From Bacteroidales bacterium UBA5762 (GTDB lineage Bacteria > Bacteroidota > Bacteroidia > Bacteroidales > TTA-H9), in the NCBI GenBank assembly GCA_002418865.1, contig DIEY01000072.1, forward strand, positions 51,881 through 115,880: a stretch of DNA of 64,000 nt. Direction: 5' to 3'. The notes below the pieces were generated by a model. That model ran no database searches. It saw only the letters and a program-made list of their open reading frames with translations, and was not told the origin of the DNA. This document shows, piece after piece, positions 1 to 8,735 of the stretch. Position 1 is the stretch's first letter, and the number at the start of each line of letters is the position of its first letter. The position numbers and the translations under genes are program-made.

Positions 1-1085
1 AAGTTTTAAGTTCACAATTTTCAAGAACATACCGCTACCTAAAGGTTGTTTTGCTTATTGTAGTAAACATTCTATCGGCCAATTTGCTGAAATCTCAACC
101 TCCAGTGGGATATTACGATGGTACAGAAAATCTTACAGGCATTGCCCTACAAGCCAAGCTGCACGATATTATCGATGATCACACCTCCGTAAGCTATGGT
201 TCTATTTTATTGCATTTCCAAACCACCGATAAAAAACCTAATAACACGGTTTGGGATATGTATTCAGATGTCCCGGGCGGAAATCCTCCTTATATTTACT
301 ATTTCAATGAAGATGAGTGTGGAAACTACAATTCGGAAGGCGATTGTTTCAACCGGGAACATTCATGGCCTGCAAGCTGGTTTAACGATCAAATGCCCAT
401 GTACACTGATCTCTTTCATATTTATCCTACCGATGGTTATGTAAATGGTAAACGCAGCAATTACCCCTATGGTGAAGTAGGCAGTGCTTCATGGACTTCT
501 ATGAATGGAGGTAAATTAGGAAACTGTAATTACCCTGGATATACCCAAATAGTTTTCGAACCTATAGATGAATACAAAGGCGATTTGGCAAGAAGCTATT
601 TTTATGTGGCAACGCGTTACTACAATGAAGACAATGGCTGGCAAAGCAATGGCATGGTAACTGGCTCTCAGCTAAAACCCTGGGCAGTTAATATGCTGCT
701 GGAATGGCATCATCAGGATCTTGTAAGCCAAAAAGAAATCGACAGAAACAATGCCATATTCAACATCCAAAACAATAGAAATCCTTACATCGACCAACCC
801 GATTTTGCCGATAAAATCTGGGGAAATGGAGCTGGTTTCCCACACGAAATTGCTGTGGTGTATCAACTCTATCCCAACCCTTGCCGTAACTTCCTAAAAA
901 TCGTACTGTATGACGGACAGAGACATTCCCATGTTTTTGTTCTTTCAGATATTTCTGGGCGCAAAATCTTTTCATCTTCTTTATATAGTGAAAAAGAAAA
1001 TCTCATCGATATTTCTCATTTAAAGGCTGGAATATACATTGGGCAAATCGACAAGTATCCACCAATTAGAATTATCAAGCAATAA
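1..1085 (+). CDS. Secreted endonuclease I family nuclease (EndA/NucM-like) with T9SS type A C-terminal domain; 5' end probably lies outside the window
   Basis: Motifs NREHSW, DLFHIYPTDGYVNGKRSNYPYG, EPIDEYKGDLAR and RNPYID. The C-terminus LYPNP...IIKQ is typical of a T9SS CTD. The frame is open from position 3 to the TTG at 51. Confidence 0.85.
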   Translation, partial: VLSSQFSRTYRYLKVVLLIVVNILSANLLKSQPPVGYYDGTENLTGIALQAKLHDIIDDHTSVSYGSILLHFQTTDKKPNNTVWDMYSDVPGGNPPYIYYFNEDECGNYNSEGDCFNREHSWPASWFNDQMPMYTDLFHIYPTDGYVNGKRSNYPYGEVGSASWTSMNGGKLGNCNYPGYTQIVFEPIDEYKGDLARSYFYVATRYYNEDNGWQSNGMVTGSQLKPWAVNMLLEWHHQDLVSQKEIDRNNAIFNIQNNRNPYIDQPDFADKIWGNGAGFPHEIAVVYQLYPNPCRNFLKIVLYDGQRHSHVFVLSDISGRKIFSSSLYSEKENLIDISHLKAGIYIGQIDKYPPIRIIKQ

Positions 1086-1541
1086 ATGCATTACATACGC
1101 ATTACGAAGAAATTCAAGTTCGAAATGGCTCATGCGCTGGTAGGTCATGATGGCCCATGTCGTCATATTCATGGACATTCATATGAATTGTCCATCACAC
1201 TGAAGGGTCAGCCAGTAAATGATTCTCTTTCACCCAAAAACGGTATGGTTATGGATTTTGGAGAGCTTAACCGCATTGTAAAATCTACCCTCATCGATCG
1301 TTTCGACCACGCCCTTGTATTGAATGATACCGTTAGAGATGAAATTCCCAACAGCAGTCATGAATTGTTTGCCAGAACAATATGGGTAAAGTTTCAGCCT
1401 ACCACAGAAAATCTTTTGCTTTATTTCGTCGAAATTTTGCAGCCCCTTCTTCCTTCAGACATAGAACTCTATTGCATAAAACTGAGTGAAACTGCCACTT
1501 CATTTGCAGAGTGGTATGCACCCGACCAAAGCGCCTATTGA
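1086..1541 (+). CDS. queD: 6-carboxy-5,6,7,8-tetrahydropterin synthase (QueD/PTPS family)
   Basis: FEMAHAL, C-x3-HGHSY, MVMDFGEL, DHA, PTTENL and LSET motifs. Confidence 0.9.
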   Translation: MHYIRITKKFKFEMAHALVGHDGPCRHIHGHSYELSITLKGQPVNDSLSPKNGMVMDFGELNRIVKSTLIDRFDHALVLNDTVRDEIPNSSHELFARTIWVKFQPTTENLLLYFVEILQPLLPSDIELYCIKLSETATSFAEWYAPDQSAY

Positions 1542-1545
1542 TTTT

Positions 1546-2541
1546 TTATTGTGGCTTGTATATCAGCCTTACCAGAACATCTCCCACCATTTGCAATGAT
1601 TGTGGATCGACATGCTCGAGATTATCCTGTAGAGTATGCCAATGTTCGAAAAAAGAACTTCCTTGTGGGTCATTCTCGAGATGAATGATATCTATCATGG
1701 GAATTCCGGCGTATTTATTCACATAGTAATGGTCATCGGTAATAAAGCCTCCTTTTTGCTTGGGGAAATATTTGCCATAGCCCAGAGATGCTGCAATATC
1801 CCAGATTTTTTTTACCACATCGGGAGCATAATACATGGAGAATCCTTCCATGAGAAAGGATGGTTGTGGCACTCCTACCATATCAAGCAACACACCGTAT
1901 CTGGCATTATAGGAGGGAATATGTTTATTTCGGCTCCAATATTGAGATCCCAGGCCCCACCAGTCCTCACCCTGCTGGGTTTGCAAATCTTCGGGAGGTC
2001 CATAATCTTCGGCATCGAATAAAATAATATCTACACCAATGTTTGGTGGATAAGTATGCATGATTCTGGCCAATTCTAAAAGAACACCCACACCACTGGC
2101 CCCGTCATTGGCTCCGTCTATGGGTTTATTACGATTGGCAGGATTGGGGTCATGGTCGGCAAAAGGACGTGAATCCCAATGCGAAGCTAAAAGTATACGA
2201 GAAGAAGCTTCAGGATGAAATGAGGCAATAATATTCCGACCATGTATTACTTGGCCATTATAGGCTCTTGCCTGAAATGCTTGCACTGTAACATCGGAAG
2301 TATAGGTACGCAATTTTTCGATAAGCCAGTCACCACAACGCTTATTGGCTTCAGAATTCGATACACGGGGACCGTAACTGATTTGCTTAGCCACAAAACT
2401 GAAGGCAGTATCGCCAGAAAAAGAAGGATAAAACGTCGTATCAATAGTAATTTTTGGTTTCTTCTCTGGTTGGGGCCCTTTACAAGAATACATCAACAGC
2501 AGAACCATGCAAAACAACCCAAGATATTTAACGGCTTTCAT
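1546..2541 (-). CDS. M28-fold lipoprotein, probable Bacteroidota glutaminyl cyclase
   Basis: Lipobox MYSC; SHWDSRP, GANDGASGVGVLLE, FDAEDYG, LLDMVG, TDDH and HWHT motifs. Confidence 0.8.
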   Translation of the reverse strand: MKAVKYLGLFCMVLLLMYSCKGPQPEKKPKITIDTTFYPSFSGDTAFSFVAKQISYGPRVSNSEANKRCGDWLIEKLRTYTSDVTVQAFQARAYNGQVIHGRNIIASFHPEASSRILLASHWDSRPFADHDPNPANRNKPIDGANDGASGVGVLLELARIMHTYPPNIGVDIILFDAEDYGPPEDLQTQQGEDWWGLGSQYWSRNKHIPSYNARYGVLLDMVGVPQPSFLMEGFSMYYAPDVVKKIWDIAASLGYGKYFPKQKGGFITDDHYYVNKYAGIPMIDIIHLENDPQGSSFFEHWHTLQDNLEHVDPQSLQMVGDVLVRLIYKPQ

Positions 2542-2595
2542 CTGTTTATGACTTTGGTTTTTATTTAGAACTTCTTGTCAGCTCAAAATCCGAAC

Positions 2596-2603
2596 CAAAG
2601 ATA
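2596..2603 (-). promoter_or_regulatory. Bacteroidota -7 box (TATCTTTG) for the M28 gene
   Basis: CAAAGATA on + strand, 55 nt upstream of the start codon. Confidence 0.65.
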
Positions 2604-2866
2604 TAACTTTCGAGGGGTTTGAGTGCTTTTGGTCCTATCTCTATGATCCTGAGAAAATCAAGAAGTGTTTCGGTATTGTTCATATATTCCACAGCAATAA
2701 CAACTTCGGGAGCTTCATCTTAACTCAACGGCTTTGTTTTCACAACAGCGAGGACACCACCTGCGTCCTACAATCTCAAGTTTGCTCATATCTTAGGTAT
2801 TGAACTCTACAAACTACTTAAAAAAGTATTTTTCTTCCCATAAAACATTTGAAACAATAAAATTCA

Positions 2867-2874
2867 TATATTTG
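2867..2874 (+). promoter_or_regulatory. -7 box TATATTTG for the outer-membrane protein gene
   Basis: Matches TAnnTTTG; TTTG at 2848-2851 upstream. Confidence 0.65.
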
Positions 2875-2931
2875 CCTAAATAATAAGCTATTTTTTAGCT
2901 TCTAATTGTTAAATTTTAAAAACTAAAAAAA

Positions 2932-3381
2932 ATGAAAAAGGCAATTTGCTTGGTACTAATCATTGTGGCGGGATTTATGCATGTTGAGTTACTGCAAGCC
3001 CAAAAAAATTACGGAAGATATGAACTCGGGTTACGGCTTGGAGATACTTACGGAGGCTCGGCTGCGGTTGATGCTATGTTTCCATTGGCAGGCAATCGGC
3101 TTCATGCAAATCTTTCTTTTCACCACGATGGCCTCATTTTGGCAGGGTTATATGATTGGGGCTTCCCTATTGCTCCTAATTTCATCTTTTACCCTGGCGT
3201 AGGCGGTATAGTATATATTGGTGACGATTTCCGACTCGGAGTTACAGGAGAATTGGGATTCGAATATGCTTTCAATATTCCTTTAAGCATTGGACTGGAC
3301 TGGCGGCCAGTTATAACCATCATCGATGAAGGAGGTTTTTCGGGAGATGGCTTTGGTTTAAACATCCGATACCGATTCTAA
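2932..3381 (+). CDS. Small outer-membrane beta-barrel protein
   Basis: Signal peptide ending LLQA|Q, alternating hydrophobic strands, C-terminal IRYRF aromatic signature. Confidence 0.75.
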   Translation: MKKAICLVLIIVAGFMHVELLQAQKNYGRYELGLRLGDTYGGSAAVDAMFPLAGNRLHANLSFHHDGLILAGLYDWGFPIAPNFIFYPGVGGIVYIGDDFRLGVTGELGFEYAFNIPLSIGLDWRPVITIIDEGGFSGDGFGLNIRYRF

Positions 3382-3831
3382 ATCCTCGCTCGAGCGCCGA
3401 AATATGATATAATAAAATTTGTTAAATTGCAATCCATTCGATTTTTCATAAAGGATTGAAAGAAAAGGCTAGCGAACCAAAAAGAGAAAGCTAATTTAAG
3501 CTTCTCTTAAAAAACTAATACTCATCATCCTTATTTAAAGATTATTCTGGCATTTACTGGGCTCACTACTTACGAAGAAGATATTATCTGAGACAGCAAA
3601 GGATTTGTTCCGTCTTTACTTTCAAGATAATTTCATGCTATGATATGTGGAAAATAAAAAAACAGATTCCTATCATATTCAAGTAAAATACAGAGTGTTC
3701 GGCGGAAAATAATCAAAAATCTGCAATGATTTCAAATAAAATCCTCGTGATAAGATAAGGGGAAATATCAAGCCTTAGTGAACATTTCCGAAGATGATTT
3801 ATCTTAGTGAAAACTTAATGAAAAGCAAGCT

Positions 3832-3839
3832 TAATTTTG
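3832..3839 (+). promoter_or_regulatory. -7 box TAATTTTG for meaB
   Basis: Consensus match 18 nt upstream of the ATG. Confidence 0.65.
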
Positions 3840-3857
3840 CAAAACAAATTCTAACGA

Positions 3858-4964
3858 ATGGATAGCAAGAAGAAAAAATCAGCTACTGCATTGAAGGTGA
3901 ATGAGGGTATAGAACCGCCGCCACCTATCAATGAAGAATTGTTAAAAAGACCATTAAAACAAAAAGATATCCATCCAGCTGAGTATTATGTAGAAGGAAT
4001 TATTGAGGGGAATCGTTCTATTTTATCTCAAGCCATTACTTTGGTCGAAAGCTCGTTAACGACGCATCAGAAACTGGCACAAAAGATTATTGAGAGTTGT
4101 TTGAAAAAATCAGGAAACTCGGTAAGAATAGGAATTACGGGTATTCCTGGAGTAGGAAAGAGTACATTTATAGAAGCATTTGGGAAACAGTTAACTCAAA
4201 TGGGGCATAAGGTGGCTGTTTTGGCCATAGATCCAAGCAGTCAGCGTTCGAAAGGAAGTATCTTGGGTGATAAGACCCGAATGATGAAGTTATCGGCTGA
4301 TCCCAATGCCTATATTAGGCCTTCTCCTTCGGCAGGTTCGCTTGGAGGCGTTGCCCGTAAAACCCGAGAAACGGTTACCTTGTGTGAAGCAGCAGGATTT
4401 GACATTATCATTATCGAAACTGTAGGAGTTGGGCAGTCGGAAACTACAGTTCATTCTATGGTCGATTTTTTCTTGCTATTAATGCTGGCCGGGGCTGGCG
4501 ATGAGCTTCAGGGCATCAAGAGAGGAATAATGGAAATGGCTGATGCTATCGTTATCAACAAGGCAGATGGGGATAATCTCCCGAAAGCTCAACAGGCTAA
4601 AAGTCAATACGAAAGTGCCTTGCATCTTTTCCCACCTAAAACTTCGGGCTGGTCACCCAAAGTCTTACTCTGTTCCTCTATCTATCAAACAGGCATAAGC
4701 CAAATATGGGATATAATGAATGAATATATAGAAATAGTCAAAAATAATGGGTATTTCTGGGAAAACAGAAAACGTCAATCTATTCAACTTATGAACGACA
4801 CACTTCATGAATACTTGCTCGAGTCGTTTTTTTCGAATCCTACTATAGAGAATAAATATCAACAATTACAGAAAAAGGTAATGAATAGTGAGCTTAATCC
4901 TTATAAAGCAGCCCATGAGCTTTTCGATCTTTACTTACACATAATGAGCACTCTGAAAGCATAA
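3858..4964 (+). CDS. meaB: Methylmalonyl-CoA mutase-associated GTPase MeaB/ArgK
   Basis: GIPGVGKST P-loop, AIDPSS, ILGDKTRM, IETVGVGQSE, GDELQGIKRG, INKADG. Confidence 0.95.
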   Translation: MDSKKKKSATALKVNEGIEPPPPINEELLKRPLKQKDIHPAEYYVEGIIEGNRSILSQAITLVESSLTTHQKLAQKIIESCLKKSGNSVRIGITGIPGVGKSTFIEAFGKQLTQMGHKVAVLAIDPSSQRSKGSILGDKTRMMKLSADPNAYIRPSPSAGSLGGVARKTRETVTLCEAAGFDIIIIETVGVGQSETTVHSMVDFFLLLMLAGAGDELQGIKRGIMEMADAIVINKADGDNLPKAQQAKSQYESALHLFPPKTSGWSPKVLLCSSIYQTGISQIWDIMNEYIEIVKNNGYFWENRKRQSIQLMNDTLHEYLLESFFSNPTIENKYQQLQKKVMNSELNPYKAAHELFDLYLHIMSTLKA

Positions 4965-4995
4965 GGTAGTTGATGGATGTTGATATAGAAAATTG

Positions 4996-5026
4996 GAAAG
5001 TTCATAAAGTTGAGAAATTGAAAAGT
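4996..5026 (+). repeat. Dispersed 31-bp repeat, copy 1
   Basis: GAAAGTTCATAAAGTTGAGAAATTGAAAAGT; 28/31 identical to the reverse complement of 16572-16602. Confidence 0.75.
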
Positions 5027-5286
5027 AATAAGTGTTTGGTAGATAGAATTTGGAGAAATGAATTCATGAATATATAGGGCTAAAACTAAATACAGAAGAT
5101 TGAGCTTGGTGAAACGGGGAATGGAGATTAAAGGATGTAAGAATGAGAAATGGCGATAAGGGCACAAAAAACAGGGAAAGGAGATGAGGGAAAAAAGCTT
5201 AAAAGGAGCAATCTTCTTTTAACAAAAATAATGCTCTAGTGGCAGAGCGATAATAAAGGGATTGAATGAAGGACGAATCTCTCAGA

Positions 5287-5330
5287 ATGAAAAAACCGAC
5301 TCAATGAGAAAGCTGAGTCGGTTTTTTCAT
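5287..5330. terminator. Bidirectional intrinsic terminator between convergent meaB and tonB
   Basis: Perfect 17-bp inverted repeat ATGAAAAAACCGACTCA / TGAGTCGGTTTTTTCAT with a 10-nt loop; gives a 6-U run on both strands. Confidence 0.9.
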
Positions 5331-5350
5331 AATATAAAGGATATATTATT

Positions 5351-6037
5351 TTATTGTAAGGTAAATTTAATAGGCATATTAAATTGTACACGAACGGGTT
5401 TACCTCTTTGGTTACCAGGAATCCATTTTGGCATCATTTTTACGACGCGCACTGCTTCTTCGTCGCATCCTCCGCCTATGCCTCTTATAACTTTTACATT
5501 TGTAATGCTTCCATCGGGTTCTACCACAAAGGTTACATAAACTACACCTTGAATCCCTGATTCGCGGGCTATTTGCGGATACTTAATGTTTTGGAGTAAA
5601 AATTTCATACGTGCCTCTTCACCTCCTGGAAATTCAGGCATTGATTCTACTATTGTAAATATTTCCTGTTCTTCGATTTGTTCATCATCCTTAGAAATGT
5701 TTTGAACTGGAACATATTCTTGAATTACAGTGCTTTGTGTAGCTTCGGCATCAATGGTAAAATCTGTTTCAATGTCAGCATTGTCTTCAACTATATTGAG
5801 AACAGTTACTTGTTGAGGGGGTGGAGGCGGAGTTGGTGGAGTTTCCTGTTTTGTAATTTCTACCATTTCTTCAGGAATATCTAAGGCTTGCCGTTGAAAT
5901 ACTTCAACCGTCTTCTTTTCGTAAGTTTTCCATTCGAAGGCAACCAAAACTAAGGCTAAAGATATTACCAGGCCTATTTCTACAAAGATACCTCTTTTAC
6001 TTTCGAGATCGGCTTTGGATGATTTTTTCTCAATCAT
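5351..6037 (-). CDS. tonB: Energy transducer TonB
   Basis: N-terminal TM anchor, Pro-rich PPTPPPPP linker, TonB_C domain (MPEFPGG, YPQIARESGIQGVVYVTFVVEPDG). Confidence 0.93.
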   Translation of the reverse strand: MIEKKSSKADLESKRGIFVEIGLVISLALVLVAFEWKTYEKKTVEVFQRQALDIPEEMVEITKQETPPTPPPPPQQVTVLNIVEDNADIETDFTIDAEATQSTVIQEYVPVQNISKDDEQIEEQEIFTIVESMPEFPGGEEARMKFLLQNIKYPQIARESGIQGVVYVTFVVEPDGSITNVKVIRGIGGGCDEEAVRVVKMMPKWIPGNQRGKPVRVQFNMPIKFTLQ

Positions 6038-6195
6038 AGGTCAAAATTTTTTATCTTGTTTTTATCAAATAACGTGCTAAATTATAAACTATTTCGTAAA
6101 TTATACCATCTCCATTAAATATTTTCCTCTTTTGGCTTGCATCTAATGAGATATTTATGATAGATGTTTTGAGCAATGGAATCGATTCAAAAAGT

Positions 6196-6579
6196 TTAGA
6201 GTGATTCTATAAATGTTCGATAGGATTGAGCATCGAGTAAATCATTTATCTCAAGAGGGTCGGTAAGACTGATTTTTACAATCCAACCTTCTCCATAAGG
6301 GTCTTTATTAAGTAAATCAGCATTTTCGGAAAGTTTTTCATTAAACTCGACAATTTTGCCCGAAACGGGCATATAGATTTCTTCGACTGTTTTTACAGCT
6401 TCTATGCTTCCAAGGCTTTCTCCTTTTTCAAGCATTTCACCTACGGTTTGAACATCTACAAACACAATGTCACCCATTTGACTTTGTGCATAATCGGTGA
6501 TGCCTACCTTGGCCAAATCGCCTTCTACCCTAATCCATTCGTGTTCACGGGTGTACTTTAAATCGTCCAATATGTTCAT
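6196..6579 (-). CDS. gcvH: Glycine cleavage system H protein
   Basis: YTREHEW, GITDYAQ, EAVKT lipoyl-lysine motif, NKDPYGEGW. Confidence 0.97.
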   Translation of the reverse strand: MNILDDLKYTREHEWIRVEGDLAKVGITDYAQSQMGDIVFVDVQTVGEMLEKGESLGSIEAVKTVEEIYMPVSGKIVEFNEKLSENADLLNKDPYGEGWIVKISLTDPLEINDLLDAQSYRTFIESL

Positions 6580-6611
6580 TTTTCGTTCTTTTATATTTTT
6601 ATTGTTGACGG

Positions 6612-6619
6612 CAAATATA
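6612..6619 (-). promoter_or_regulatory. -7 box TATATTTG for gcvH
   Basis: CAAATATA on + strand. Confidence 0.65.
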
Positions 6620-6741
6620 TGATTTTCTTTTAAGTTATAGCCAATTGATAAAATTCAGGAAAGATTTCGAAAAATTGCTCGAGATTACCAAAACATAGTT
6701 TTGAGCGAAAAAATAGATGCAATAGAAGTAAATAACGAGAT

Positions 6742-7311
6742 TCAGTGTGAAAGTAAAAAATCATCCACTACATGAATAGCTTCATTAATGGCTCGTTCTA
6801 AGTCATCGTTAATAATAATAACATCGAATGAAGGGGCAAAGGTTAGTTCAAAAGCGGCTTTGTTCAGTCGTTGGCTAAGAGATTCTTCAGTTTCGGTGCC
6901 TCTAAGGCGTAGCCGTTGTTCTAAAATCTGTAACGAAGGAGGTTGAATAAAAATGGTTAGAGCTTCAGATTGGAAGATATTTTTTAAATTGAGTGCTCCC
7001 TTCACATCAACGTCAAAAACTGGATTTTTCCCTTGTGTTAAGATTCTATCCAATTCGCTTTTTTGAGTTCCGTAAAAAATTCCTGGATACACTTCTTGCC
7101 ATTCAATAAATTCATCACTCTCGATTTTTCGCCGAAATTCTTCTGAGCTAATAAAGTAATAATCCTTTGCATTGATTTCGCCAGGCCGCTGAGATCGACT
7201 AGTAGTAGAGACCGAAAATGCCAGTTGGGGAAAATGTTTTAAAACTGCTTTTACGATTGTGGTTTTCCCCCCACCCGAAGGAGCCGAAAAGATCAACATT
7301 TTCCTGTTCAT
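6742..7311 (-). CDS. gmk: Guanylate kinase
   Basis: SAPSGGGKTT, SVSTTSR, FYGT, DVDVKGA, LRLRGTE. Confidence 0.97.
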   Translation of the reverse strand: MNRKMLIFSAPSGGGKTTIVKAVLKHFPQLAFSVSTTSRSQRPGEINAKDYYFISSEEFRRKIESDEFIEWQEVYPGIFYGTQKSELDRILTQGKNPVFDVDVKGALNLKNIFQSEALTIFIQPPSLQILEQRLRLRGTETEESLSQRLNKAAFELTFAPSFDVIIINDDLERAINEAIHVVDDFLLSH

Positions 7312-7315
7312 TACT

Positions 7316-8194
7316 TTAGAGAATATTCAAAAGCTGTTCTTTTATTTTTTCGAGTTCGTCTTTCATGGAAACCACAATTTGCTGTATGCCCGCATGATTG
7401 GCTTTCGATCCTAAAGTGTTGATTTCACGGCCAATTTCCTGAGCTATGAAACCAAGTTTTTTCCCCTGAGCGCTTTCTTCTTCCATAGTGCGCAAAAAAT
7501 GATGCAAGTGTTTGGTAAGTCGAATCTTCTCTTCAGTGAAATCAATTTTCTCAAGCCAATAAATCATTTCCTGTTCGAATCGGTTCTTATCGTAAACCGG
7601 TTGATTGGGTAAGTTCATCAACTCTTTTATGATTTTATTTCGCAACGATTCTATGCGTTCCTCCTCAAAAGGCTGAATACTTTGAAGCATACTCTCAATC
7701 TCTTTAATTCTGTTTTCCATATCTTTTGCTAAAATGAGACCTTCTTCTTTTCTGAATGCAATCACTTTACTCAAAGCCTCATTCAAACCCTTCAGCAACA
7801 GATTCCACACTTCTTCAGCTATTTCTGACTCAGGGTTTTTGAAAACCTCAGGCAAACGTGCAATGATTTCTAAATAATCAGTTAGTGAATTTTCAATGCC
7901 AAGTTGCTTTTCTAAGATTTTGAGTTGATCGTAATAATTTACAGCAACAGGAAGATTCAAAGTAGCTACATGCGAGCCGTCAGTATAATCGATATTAATG
8001 ACGGTATCAATCTTCCCTCTCTCAAGAGCAGCAATAATCAAATTTCGAATTTCATATTCTTTTTCACGGTATAGAGTAGGCAGTTTTAAATTTAAATCGG
8101 CTTGGCGGCTATTGAGGGAACGGATTTCTATGGTGATGGTCTTGCCATTGGTCATCAATTGAGCCTTCCCAAAACCAGTCATGGATTGAATCAT
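7316..8194 (-). CDS. yicC: YicC/YloC family endoribonuclease
   Basis: MIQSMTGFG, EIRSLN, ERGKID, GKKLGFIAQEIGREINTLGSKAN; canonical linkage to gmk. Confidence 0.95.
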   Translation of the reverse strand: MIQSMTGFGKAQLMTNGKTITIEIRSLNSRQADLNLKLPTLYREKEYEIRNLIIAALERGKIDTVINIDYTDGSHVATLNLPVAVNYYDQLKILEKQLGIENSLTDYLEIIARLPEVFKNPESEIAEEVWNLLLKGLNEALSKVIAFRKEEGLILAKDMENRIKEIESMLQSIQPFEEERIESLRNKIIKELMNLPNQPVYDKNRFEQEMIYWLEKIDFTEEKIRLTKHLHHFLRTMEEESAQGKKLGFIAQEIGREINTLGSKANHAGIQQIVVSMKDELEKIKEQLLNIL

Positions 8195-8212
8195 CTTTTA
8201 CAGCTTTAAATG

Positions 8213-8220
8213 CAAATTTA
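8213..8220 (-). promoter_or_regulatory. -7 box TAAATTTG for yicC-gmk
   Basis: CAAATTTA on + strand. Confidence 0.65.
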
Positions 8221-8662
8221 CTGGATAATTTTCACTAAGCAGGCAGATGGATAAAAATCTTTCCTTGTTTTGCAATGTAACATAGCTTTTTAGGGGGAAA
8301 AATAAGTATGTAATATGTAATAAGTGAGAAAAAGATCGCATAGATTTTCACGCAGATAAGACTGAATAATCATTAGTTTCACTAAGCAAGAAAAAATTTA
8401 AAAAGTTCTCCCAGATGTTAGCCAATATTCTTGTAAATCTTCGAAGATAATAATGGGCGTCTATCAGAGTAAAAGATAAATTGGCATTCATCGTCGAGAG
8501 GGGGAAAATTAAAGAATATATAGATGTGTACAAGTATTTCTCTCCATTCGACAAATGTAGTCTTGGTAAAGATGAGGAAGAAAGATAAAGGAATTTCAAA
8601 AAAGGAATGGCTTTCAGATTAATTGCAAATTTTTTTCATTTTTTTTGGTTTGATAAAATTTT

Positions 8663-8670
8663 TATCTTTG
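8663..8670 (+). promoter_or_regulatory. -7 box TATCTTTG for the two-component operon
   Basis: Consensus match inside the 5' extension of the ORF-track call, implying a later start codon. Confidence 0.55.
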
Positions 8671-8735
8671 AAGAGTTTCTTTTAGATTTGGGTGCCAATG
8701 ATTTCAATAGAAAATTATTTTATAATTTTTCGCAA

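Noticed and set aside
3482-3508. Bulged hairpin AAGAGA-A-AGCT...AGCT-TCTCTT downstream of the OMP gene
   Set aside because: The U-run is only on the minus strand, where no gene or promoter feeds it; not supportable as the OMP terminator or an sRNA end
4931-5540. ORFs 4931-5167(-) and 5262-5540(+)
   Set aside because: Products of the skewed low-complexity tract and tonB antisense; the second runs through the terminator
8348-8599. 83-aa intergenic ORF
   Set aside because: Low-complexity, no recognisable motif, no -7 box upstream
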